A stretch of DNA of 64,000 bases from Scyliorhinus canicula (taxonomy: Eukaryota), in assembly GCF_902713615.1 (NCBI RefSeq), contig NC_052157.1, forward strand, positions 61,654,146 to 61,718,145. Direction: 5' to 3'. A model generated the notes under the pieces. The model made no database searches and was not told the DNA's origin. It saw only the letters and a program-made list of their open reading frames with translations. Shown one piece after another: positions 36,245 to 46,519 of this stretch; the stretch's first letter is position 1, and the number at the start of each line of letters is the position of its first letter. Made by a program: the position numbers and the translations under genes.

Positions 36245-36840
36245 TTTAGAAACATAGAAAATGGGAGCAGGAGGAGGCCATTCAGACCTCGAGCCTGCTG
36301 CCATTCATTATGGTGGCTCACCACCTCAATAACCTAATCCCGCTTTCACCCCATATCTTTTGATTCCCTTTGCCTTAAGTGCTCTATCTTACTGCTTCTT
36401 GAAAAGATACAGGGCAGGATTCTCCGTCCATCACACCTGTTTTCTGATGAGGTGCGTCCCTGCCGGCATTGGGATTCTCCGTCCCAGCAGCCGGCCAATG
36501 GGGTTTCTCATTGTGGGCACATCCATGCCGTCGAGAAATTTGTGGGTGTGAGTGCTCTGCCGGTGAAACAGAGGATCCCGCCGATGGAAAATCCAGCCCA
36601 CAATGTTTTGGCCTCAACTACTTCCTGTGGTAATGAGTTGCACAGGCTCACCATTCTCTGGGTGAAGACATTCCTCCTCATCTCTGTCCTAAATGGCCGA
36701 CCCCCGTATCCTCAGACTGTGACCCCTGGTTCTGGACACACCCAAATCGATCCTGGATCTACCCTGTCTAGTTGTGGTAGAATTTTATAGGTTTCTTTGA
36801 GATCCCCCCCCCCCCCCCTCATTCTTCTGACTTCGAGAAC
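36245..36840 (-). mobile_element. CR1 3' fragment with nested Harbinger-type MITE (36413-36598)
   Basis: MITE TIRs GGCAGGATTCTCC / GGAAAATCCAGCC within a CR1 tail. Confidence 0.7.
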
Positions 36841-37067
36841 CTCTCACTTCATGTCCTTCTGAAACATCCATGACTTCATCAGGAATCTGAAGAGTTACTG
36901 ATAAGGGTCTTTGTGATGACCCTTATGAGGCCTAACGGGAATACGTTAATCGATGTCTCGGTGTGACTCGTGGAATACAAACTGCACTGCTAGTGGGTGG
37001 GGGCCCGCACAGCTGGGGCCCGGCCCAGACTGTGACTAGCATTCTGGTAGACCCGACTGGGATTATA

Positions 37068-37905
37068 TTGGCCGTGATTCAATGGCCATGCTGCTCCTGA
37101 AAAGTAGCTCGCTGTGGTGCAGCAGAGCCGATAAAAGCCCGGAGAACTCGCTTCCGGGATCTACCTGGCTCAAAAAACGTCACGAGATCCAACGCGATCT
37201 CACGAGACATTGCGATGTAAATCCCGTCCACAATGGGTCTCACTTTAATGTGCATATTTCTGAGTTACCTGGGGCTTTGAGATTTACCCTCTTCACCGTG
37301 GAGGCCTTGGGCATGCGTTGTTCAATACTGGTCTCCAAATTCCCCAAATTCAGGGACCAGATGGAACGGCACTTGTGCAGGTCTCCCACAGGATCGGAGG
37401 ACCCCAGTTCCTTCCCCCTGAGCAAGACAGTGCCCTGGCACTCCTCGGCACCCTGGCAGTGCCATCCTGGCACCTTCACAGTGCTACATGTGTGCCAAAC
37501 TGACATTACCAAGGTGTCCCAGGTGTACTGCCAGCTGGCATGGGCACTGCCATGGTGCCAAGCTGACATTGCCAAGGTGCCCCATGTGTACTGCCAGCTG
37601 GCATGGGCACTGCCATGGTGCCAAGCTGGCATTTTATTCTGAAAATGTATGATTTGCCAGGGGGTGCCCTGAGGGGTTACGGGTCGGGAGGGGGCTGGGA
37701 CCCTCCTATAGTATGTTTCGGCTGGGAGGGTCGGGTTTCGCTTCGGGGCCTCGGAGATTGAGACGCCATATCAAAATGGAGCCCCGTTCTATCGCTACAC
37801 TGGCGAGTTCCAGCGAGTGGAGCTCCCCAGTGTACAAAACGGGGCTGTGTGTGTCCTTGGCCCTGCTGAGGCCCCTTATACAACGCCAGTCACTGTGAGT
37901 GCTTG
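37068..37905. mobile_element. Non-autonomous TIR element (~0.8 kb) with an internal ~58-bp tandem duplication
   Basis: GGCCGTGATTCAA ... TTGAATCGCGCCC inverted ends; duplication at ~37500-37630. Confidence 0.55.
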
Positions 37906-38082
37906 AAACATGTGGCTAAACGTGCTCGCTATGGGACTTTGTTCCCAATTAGTTGAATCGCGCCCATTGTGTGTACTCCGTCATCATGGCCGTTTTCATT
38001 GGCTTGAATAAACATCCTTTTACTTACCTTCTCTGGTCTCCTGGGTCTTCGTAGTCTTTAAATTATCTGAAATTGTAGAATG

Positions 38083-38300
38083 CTAGGGCAGCGCAGTGGC
38101 GCAGTGGTTAGCACTGCCGTCTCAGGGCACCGAGGGCCCGGATTTGATTCCGGCCCTGGGTCACTGTCCATGTGGACTTTGCACATTCTTCCGGTGTCTG
38201 CGTGGGTCTCACCCCCACAACCCAAAGATGTGCACAATAGGTGAATTGGCTATGCTAAATTGCCCCTTAATTGGAAAAAAATAATTGGGTACTCAAAATT
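38083..38300 (+). mobile_element. HE1-like SINE
   Basis: Matches the SINE consensus seen elsewhere in the window. Confidence 0.85.
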
Positions 38301-39166
38301 TATTTTACAAAGCATTGTAAAGAAGTAAAGAAGGAGGCCATTCAGCCTTTTGTGATTGTGCTAGCTCTTTGAAAGATCTATCCAGTTTGTCCCACTCCAA
38401 AGTTCTGCAAATTTATCCCCTTCAAGTATTTATTCAATTTCCCCATTTTGGAAGTTCCTCTTCAATCTGCTTTCAGCGCCCTTTCAGCCAGTGAGTCAAT
38501 GGTCTCTATCTGAGCTGCAAAGTTCAGAGATTCTGTGAAATTTCAACTTTGCAGCAGATCACAGATAATCTTGAGAACTAGAAATATTTCACACCTTTCT
38601 CCACTGACCGCTTTATCTTCCTTCTCTCTCTCAGGTATCTTGCACCCTTATTGAAGTTTCCAGCATGGTGAGTATGGACAGGAAGTGTGACGCTGAACAG
38701 CCCGTCTATTCTCGGAGCTGCTGTGTTGTCCTCATGGGAAATTCTGACCAAATTTCAGGCCATTAACATTGGAGTCTCAGCATCGGAATAGAATTCATTC
38801 CCCAGTTTTTATCTCTACTCAAACTATCACCTCCTCATTAACTTGCTGAAATACATTGGTGCGCAGTACAGCAGCAGCTCGAGTTTACGATTCTCATCTG
38901 CAATTTTCAAATAGTCCCATTGCCCTCTCCATTCCCCATCTCTGGGCCTAGTCCAGCCCTGGAACCCTCTGAATTATCTGCCCTTTCCCAATTCTGCTGC
39001 CAGACAGGGAGTCAGCATATCTCAGTGAGGGTGATGGGTGAATGGGACTTGGTGTGGGTTTGTCCACTGGGTCACTGCTGAATAGGTTCCCAATCAGAGC
39101 TCAATAAGAATGATCGTTTATAAACACTATTAACGATAAATTTTTTCGAACTGAAGATGATATTAC

Positions 39167-39227
39167 CTTGAAGAAGTGAGAAGAGGAAGTAAGATTTCCC
39201 GATCATTGTCCCCTCCAGATATTTCAT
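39167..39227 (-). CDS. Signal-peptide coding part of exon 39167-39247 of the Siglec-like gene
   Basis: Acceptor ctttctctttcag| and donor |gtaata; MKYLEGTMIGKSYFLFSLLQ ends in phase 1 and joins in frame to the V-set exon (..LLQ-V-GLSQ). Confidence 0.75.
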
Positions 39228-39583
39228 CAGCTTCTCACTCTCAAACTCTGAAAGAGAAAGGAGTTAATGAGATCTCACCTCTTGTCCGATAACCCTCGAG
39301 CAAACTGCTTTTAAAATATTTATTGGATTCTGTGTGGGATGATAGGTGTTCTGCAGAGAGTGACAAGGCTTTAAGAAGAAACCTCAATAAGGGACTCCCA
39401 TTTCTATAGCGCCTTTCACCATCTCAGGATGTCCTAGAAAGATGTTCTGTACAACAGACGTGAGCCTCAAATCCAGATCTCAATGAAAAGCTGAAATCTT
39501 TCAATCATTAGAATCTGTCTTTGTAAAGTCACAACATCCACAATGTGAGCCATAGAAGTGAATTCCAATCGTTAGTTACTTAC

Positions 39584-39700
39584 CCACGACCTTACCCGCA
39601 GCCTTTACCAATAAACCCCCAAACCTCAACTCAGAGGCAGGAAATCTGGCATTCAAGTTTCCAATCCAGAATCTTAAGTTTCATGATCCTGGTAAATACT
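39584..39700 (-). other. Candidate proximal non-coding first exon (donor at 39584); 5' end unknown
   Basis: |gtaagt donor; the flanking intron is paralogous to that following the 43355 donor. Confidence 0.4.
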
Positions 39701-39724
39701 TTCTAGAATAATTACAGGGGGAGA

Positions 39725-40320
39725 ACCAGTACTGAAAGGATGCCACACAGTTAGAAGGTCAGTACTGAGAATGTGCTGCACTGTTGGAGGGTCAGTACAG
39801 AGGGTGCACTGCACTGCCAAAATGTTAGGCATGAAGCGGTGTATCAGTTTTGGTGGACTTGTACTGAGGGACTGTCACAATGTCAGACGATCAGTACTCT
39901 GGGAATACTGCACTTTCTGATAGTCATTAGTAAGGGAGTGCTGCACTGTCGGAGTGTCAGTACTGAGGGAGAGCTGCATAGTCGGAGGGTCAGCACTGAG
40001 GGAGTGCTACACTGTTGGAGGGTCAGAACTGAGGAGGGCTGCATTACTGGATGGTCAGTACTGAAGGAGTACCACACAGTTGGAAGGTCAGGACTAAGGA
40101 AGTGCTGCACTGTCGCCAGGTAACTACGAAGGGAATGTGCACTGTTGGAGGATCAGTACTGAGGGAGTTTGCATTGTAGGAGGGTCAGTACTGAGGGAAG
40201 GCTGCACTGTCAGTGGGTCAGTACTGAGGAAGTGTAGGACTGTTGGAGCGTCAGTACTGAGGAGTACCACACTATCAGGGGGTCAGCACTGAGGGAGTGC
40301 TGCACTGTTGAGGTTCTGTC
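39725..40320. repeat. Degenerate ~33-bp satellite (GGGTCAGTACTGAGGGAGTGCTGCACTGTCGGA)
   Basis: Direct reading of repeated CAGTACTGAGGGA / GCACTGT units. Confidence 0.9.
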
Positions 40321-40324
40321 ACGA

Positions 40325-40620
40325 GGGAGTGCTCCACTGTTGGTGGGTCAATACAGACAGTGTTGAACTTGCAGTCGTCCGGGCAAATGGGGAGCTGGTG
40401 GTAGGCGGATCTGAGGTCCACCGTGGAAAAGACCTTGTATTGTTCAATCTGATTGACCAAATCAGATACGTGGGGAAGAGGGACCGCGTTGAGCTGCGTA
40501 TACCTGTTGATGGTCTGGCTATAATCGATGACCATCCTGTGTTTCTCCCCGGTCTTTACGACCACTACTTGAGCTCTCCAGGTGCTGTTGCTAGCCTCTG
40601 TACTCGAAACCTCTCGCAAT
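40325..40620 (-). mobile_element. Gypsy reverse-transcriptase fragment
   Basis: AQVVVVK..HRMVIDYSQTINRYTQL..PLP..VFSTVDLRSAYHQLP. Confidence 0.85.
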
Positions 40621-40621
40621 G

Positions 40622-42420
40622 AAGGCCAACCTACCATTAACCTTCTTTACCGCCTGCTGCACCTGCATGCTTACCTTCAGCGAATGGTGCACAAGGACAC
40701 CCAGGTCCCGCAGCACACTCTACTCTCCCAATTTCCAACCATTCATGTAGTAACCTGCCTTCCTGTTTTCGCTTCCAAAGTGAATAACCTCTCACTTATC
40801 CAAATTATACTGCATCTGCCATTGATTTGCCCACTCACCCAAACTGTCCAGGTCATGCTGTAGGATCTCTGCATCTTCGTCACAGTTCACCCTCCCACTC
40901 AACTTGGTATCACCTGCAAACTTTGAGATGTTACATCTTGTTCACTCATCCAAATCATTAATACGTATTGTGAATAGCTGGGATACGAACACTTATCCCT
41001 GTGGCACCCCACTGGTTGACCTACCGATCGGCAAGCGGGCTGGTTCCGTGGGGGCCTATTTTCCTCTGCACTGGGCCCCTGTAGGGCTCTGCCATATTTC
41101 CCGGGGACCGGCGCAGAGAAGGGAACCCCCACACATGTGCAGAATCATGCCGACCATAGTGCGCATGTGCGGAATCATGCCAGCCGTTCCGCGCATGCAT
41201 TAACTCGCGCCGGCCATTCTGCGCCGTCTGGAGCTGCGGGGACCACTCTGGCTCCGACCTAGCCCCGTAGGAGCCCCGTAGCTTTTCACGCTGGCATTGG
41301 GATATAGCCCCATTATTGGAGAATCCCACCCGTTATTTTTCATGGCCAATCTGTACGCTTCTTCCTTGGATCGGATACTATTTCTAATTTCCTTTGTAAT
41401 TGATAGATTGGCTCTCTTCCCCATTTTGCTGTTATGCCAGACAGGAATGAACAGTTGCTGCAGTTCCCCTATGCATTCCTTGAATTTTTGACATTGCCTA
41501 TCCATTGTCATCCCTTTAAGTAACTATCCCTAATCTATCAAGGCCAACTCATGCCTCATATCTTCGTAGTTTCCTTTCATAAGATTCAGTACCTGAGTTT
41601 CCGAATCAACTACTTCACTCTCCAATTTGATAAAATATTCTTTCATGTTATGGTCGCTCATCCCCAAGGGGTCTCGCACAGCCAGATTGGCAATGATTCC
41701 CTTCTCATGACACAGTACCCAGTCTAAGATGGCCTGCTCTCCAGTTGGTTCCTCCAGATATTGGTCAAGAAAACCATCCCGTATACATTCCGGGAATTCC
41801 TACTCTACGGCATTGTGGCTAACTGGATTTGCCCAATCTATGTTAAGATTAAAATCAGCCGTGATCACCGATATTCCCTTATTACATGCATCTTTAATTT
41901 TGTGTTTAATGCCATTCCCAACATCACCACTGCAGTTTGGGTGTCTATATATGATACCCACTAATGTTTTTGCCCCTTTGTATTCCTCAACTGTACCCAC
42001 AAAGAATCCACATTGTCAGATCTAATATCCTTTCTCACTATTGTTAATTTCCACTTTAACCAGCAATGCCACACCACCACCTTTTCTTTTATGCCTGTCC
42101 TTCCTAAATACTGAATACCCTGGGACATTCAGTTTCTATCCCTGGTCACCCTGCAGCCACGTCTCCGTAATCCCAATTATATTGTACCCATTTATACCTA
42201 TCTGCGTGATTAGTTCATCCACTTTATTGCAAATGCTCCGTGCATTAAGGCACAGAGCCTTTAAGTTTGTCTTTTTCAAATTGTTTATTCTGCTCCCAAT
42301 ATTTTTATCTTTTGCCCTGTTTGAATTTTGGCGTTGATTTCCCCACCTATCACTTTTCTTATTCCCTTTTCTACCTTTTGTTTTCGTCCTTGTTCCCTCT
42401 TTCTCTGACTCCTTGCATAG
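40622..42420 (-). mobile_element. CR1 LINE fragment (APE to RT end, internally deleted) with nested MITE (~41030-41330)
   Basis: TLVGIIYRHPN, ITADFNL.IDW (APE) and RT C-terminal remnants. Confidence 0.75.
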
Positions 42421-42604
42421 GTTCGCATCCCCCTGGTTTGAGAGCCTCTGTCCATCATAGCCACATCAGTATGTTTCTTCTGTGCGTTATTGTGAAAGAA
42501 AGGACTTGAGCAACTAAACCAGCGATTGTACCTTTTGTTCAGAACTTTGAGATGTCTTGAATTTACCACTTCCTATTTTAGATGATGGTCAGGATTTCAG
42601 CAAC

Positions 42605-43175
42605 TCCCACTGTCAGAGGGTCAATACTGAGGGAATTCTGCACAGTCGTGGGGTCAGTACTGAGCAATCCTCCACTGCACTATCGGAGGCTCAGTACTGA
42701 GGGAATTCTGCACAGTCGTGGGGTCAGTACTGAGCAAGCCTCCACTGCACTGTCGGAGGGTCAGTACTGAGGGAATTCTGCACTGTCGGAGGTCCAGTAC
42801 TAGGGAATTCTGTACTGACGGAGGGTCCATACTGAGAGAGTGATGTACTGTTGGATGGTCAGTACTGAGCGAGCCTCCGCTACTCTGTCGGAGGGTCGGT
42901 ACTGAGGGAGTGCCGCACTGTCAGAACGTCTCTACTGAGGGAGTGCTATACAGTCAGAGGGTCAGTACTGAGAGAGAGCTGCACTGTCAGAGGGTCAGTA
43001 CTGAGGGAGTGCCGCACTGTCAGAGCGTCTGTACTGAGGGCGTGCTGCACTGTCAGAGGGTCAGTACTGAGAGAGTGCTGCACTGTCACAGGGTTAGTAC
43101 TGATGGAATGCTGCACAGTTGGAGGGTCAGTACTGAGGCAATTCTGCATTGTCGGATGGTCAGTACTGAGGGAGT
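42605..43175. repeat. Degenerate ~33-bp satellite, second block
   Basis: Same unit as 39725-40320. Confidence 0.9.
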
Positions 43176-43354
43176 GCTCCTCCGTCGATCAGAAGAATGT
43201 TCTATAAAACAGTTTTGAGCCTCACACCCAGACCTCAATACTAAATAGAAATATTTCAATATCACCAATCATTGGAACCTTTCTTTATAAAGTCACAGCA
43301 TCAACAACGGACAATGTTGGTCATGGATGTAAATTCCATTTGTTTATTACTTAC

Positions 43355-43450
43355 CCAGGATCTGTCCGGCTGCCTGACTGGAGAGCTAGTGTCGACACAA
43401 TCTGCTTGGATTGAATGAAGTCTTCATCTGCTGCTCCCTCTGTGCATTTC
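43355..43450 (-). other. Candidate distal non-coding first exon of the Siglec-like gene; 5' end unknown
   Basis: |gtaagt donor at 43354; non-repetitive sequence; ETS/PU.1-like AAATGAGGAAG at ~43483-43493 just upstream. Confidence 0.45.
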
Positions 43451-43739
43451 ACCAGAAAGGCTTGATCTGTCACTTTGACTCAAAATGAGGAAGCTGTAGC
43501 AAAGTGAGAAAACAGCACTTTTCCCTCTCCTAACAGCAAACCCTGTGGCTATAAAAGAATATCAGAACATAATCGGAACACGAGATGGACATCCAGCCCC
43601 TCAAGCCTGCTCCACCATTTAATCATACACTACCTAACCTGGCCTTAACTCCACTTTCCTGCTTGCCCCCCATAACCTTTGACTCCTGTGATTAATGTAA
43701 GAAATTGTCATATGTTATATTTATTTGCAGTAATGAAAT

Positions 43740-45112
43740 TAGGACACAGAACATACAGTGCAGAAGGAGGCCATTCGGCCCATCGAGTCTGCACCGACAC
43801 ATTTAAGCCCTCACTTCCACCCCATCCCCGCAACCCAACAACCCCTCCCACCCTTTTTGGTCACTGAGGGCAATTTATCATGGCCAATCCACCTAACCTG
43901 CACGTCTTTGAACTGTGGGAGGAAAGTGAAGTATCCGGAGGAAACCCACGCAGACACGGGGAGAATGTGCAGACTCCGCACAGACAGTGACCCAACAGGG
44001 AATCAAACCTGGGACCCTGGCGCTGTGAAGCCACAGTGCTATCCACTTGTGCTACCGTGCTGCCCTGCCTGTGTTCAGATGCATACAGACAGTATGACTA
44101 CTCGAGCTGTGATCAAGGTGTTGTAAAAATGAGCTAATCATTGATTTGCAGCTAAAGCTAATAGATATTGAGAACATTTACTTGTTTACAGATATATAGT
44201 TAATGGAATATTATTTATGTTTGAAAGACCTCTGGGGTGTACATATTTTATGATTGGTATTGTGTTTGGTCTTGGCTAAACGTGTCAAGAGACGTCTTGT
44301 GTGAAGGCACAGAATAACGTCTGATACTTTGAGTACATGATGTGGAGATGCCGGCATTGGACTGGGGTCGGCACAGTAAGAAGTCTTGCAACGCCAGGTT
44401 AAAGTCTAACAGGTTTATTTGGAATCACTAGTTTTCGGAGTGTAGCTCCTTCATCAGGTGAATCATTCTTTGTTTGGTTTGGTCTTACTGAATTTAAAGA
44501 CAGCAAGTCTAAGGAGCTGTGGTTTTCACGCGTTGATACTCTGACAGTTTATCTTAGATCAGAGAATCATATAATTTACACAGGCCCTTGGAAAGAGCAC
44601 CCTACTTTTTCAAAAAATTTATTTAGAGTACCTAATTCATTTTTCCCAATTAAGGGACAATTTAGTGTGGCCAATCCACCTACCCTGCACATCTTTGGGT
44701 TGTGGGGGCGAAACCCACGCAAACACGGGAAGAATGTGCAAACTCCACACACAAGTGACCCAGAGCCGGGATCGAACCTGGGGACCTCGGCGCCGTGAGG
44801 CAGCAGGGCTAACCCTCTGTGCCACCGAGCTGCCTTAAGAGTACCCTACTTAAGCACACACTTCTACCATACCCCCGTTAACCAGTAACCCCACCAAAAC
44901 TATTTTGTGCACTAAGGACAATTTAACATGGCCCCTCCACCTAATCTGCACATCTTTGGACTGTGAGAGGAAACCGGAGCACCCGGACGAAACCCACGCA
45001 GACACAGGGAGAACGTGCAGACTGCAGACAGACAGTACCCAAGCCAGGAATTGAACCTAGGTTCCTGGCGCTGTGAAGCAACAGTGCTAACCACTGTGCT
45101 ACAGTGCGCCCC
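43740..45112 (-). mobile_element. Cluster of three HE1-like SINEs (~43740-44066, ~44600-44835, ~44900-45112)
   Basis: Matches to the SINE consensus. Confidence 0.8.
44335..44460 (-). mobile_element. Penelope-like terminal repeat fragment with hammerhead-type core
   Basis: Minus strand CACCTGATGAAGGAGCTACACTCCGAAA..AATAAA. Confidence 0.5.
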
Positions 45113-45129
45113 AATAGGGCTTAATAGGG

Positions 45130-46510
45130 AGTGACTTCTAAAATGGATCTTTCAGAGGCTAAAGGTGTGATTCAACAATCTTGTCGTGTCAACTCGGAGT
45201 CAAGACCGACGGTTGAATCCTGGGAGCAACCGAAATCGGACTCATAGAGCCCAACGCGATCTAGGTCTCGCCCTCGCTGTTGATAGGCAAGTATTAAATC
45301 TTTTCAAAGATTTTATTTCTGAGGGTAAGATTTACTCATGTGTACAAGGTGGAGTAGGTAAGGAAGTTAAAATCTTAAGAGATTTGGGAGCAAGTTAATT
45401 TTTAATGGTGAGAGTTAAGGAGATATGTAGTTCAGAAGTAGTATTGCAAGAAAAGTGCATATATGTGGGATTGATGGTGAACTGAATAGTCCATTAAGTA
45501 AGCTAAGGTTAGGGAGTGTGGTGAAATGTGTCGAAGTGGTCGTAAGACTAATAGAGAAATTACCTTTTTCAGAGAACAGCTTATCCTGGGTAATGATATC
45601 GCTGGATCACAGGTGGGAGTGATACCGACTGTGGTTGAAAAGCCAATGAAAAGCCAATCAATTGAGTTGTTGCAAGAAGCATGTATGGGGTGTTTCCAGA
45701 TTGTGTGGTAACAGGATCACAAAGCCACAGGGCAAAGATAAGGAGACTGAGGTTCAGTTATCAGAAACAATCATTGACCAGATTGTTGATAAGGAACAAG
45801 AGCGGTGGAGGATGAAGCTGATAACATTAGTTCAGGTAAATTAGTCAAATTGTAACAGAAAGATTTTGAGTTAAAGTGTTGAATCAGAAACCACACACAG
45901 AGATAGACTTTGAGTAGAAATAATGTATTGCTGAGAAAGTGGAGACCTTTATATATTCAGTCAGTTGAGAAATGGACAGGACTTCATCAAGTAATGTTAC
46001 CAGTGGGCTATAGAAAGGAGGCTTTACAGGTAGAACATCAGGGCTGGGAATCCCCCCTACCCAGCAGGGCGGGGGGTCTAAGTGTACCGGAGTGGCGAGA
46101 ACCACTCCGGCGTCGGGCCTCCCCAAAGGTTCGTAATTCTCCGCAACTTTAGGGGCTAGGCCCACGCCGGAGTGGCTCCCGCTCTGCCGACCGACGTCAG
46201 TGCTGGCCGAAAGGCCTTCGCCGGTCGGCGTGAGTCCGCGCATGCGTCAGAGGGTCAGCGGCCGATGATGTCACCCCGGCGCATGCGCGGTGGAGGGGGT
46301 CGGAGAATTCCGTCCCAGGTTCCAGTAGGCAGGCATTTAGGAGTAAGGAAAACTCAAGTGAAAATAAAAAGCATTTTATTGGCCTCGCCTGCATAAGAAT
46401 TTTGTGGATTATGTCACACATGTCAGGTGATAAGAAAACCTCAGGCGGTAATAAAACCTATTTACTTCATAATCATTCTGGCTTTTGAGGAAATTTTTAC
46501 TTGGGTTCAA
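45130..46510 (+). mobile_element. Gmr1-like Gypsy remnant (protease followed directly by integrase)
   Basis: VKILRD.GAS (protease), then LLRKWRP..W..HQVMLP..R..AL..H.VPVGRHLGVRKT..CHTCQ (integrase HHCC) with no RT between them. Confidence 0.7.
46042..46315. mobile_element. Harbinger-derived MITE with CAG TSD
   Basis: TIRs GGCTGGGAAT / AATTCCGTCC; CAG at 46039-46041 and 46316-46318; removing it restores the integrase codons EHQVPVGRHLG. Confidence 0.8.
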
Positions 46511-46519
46511 TGAATTGCG

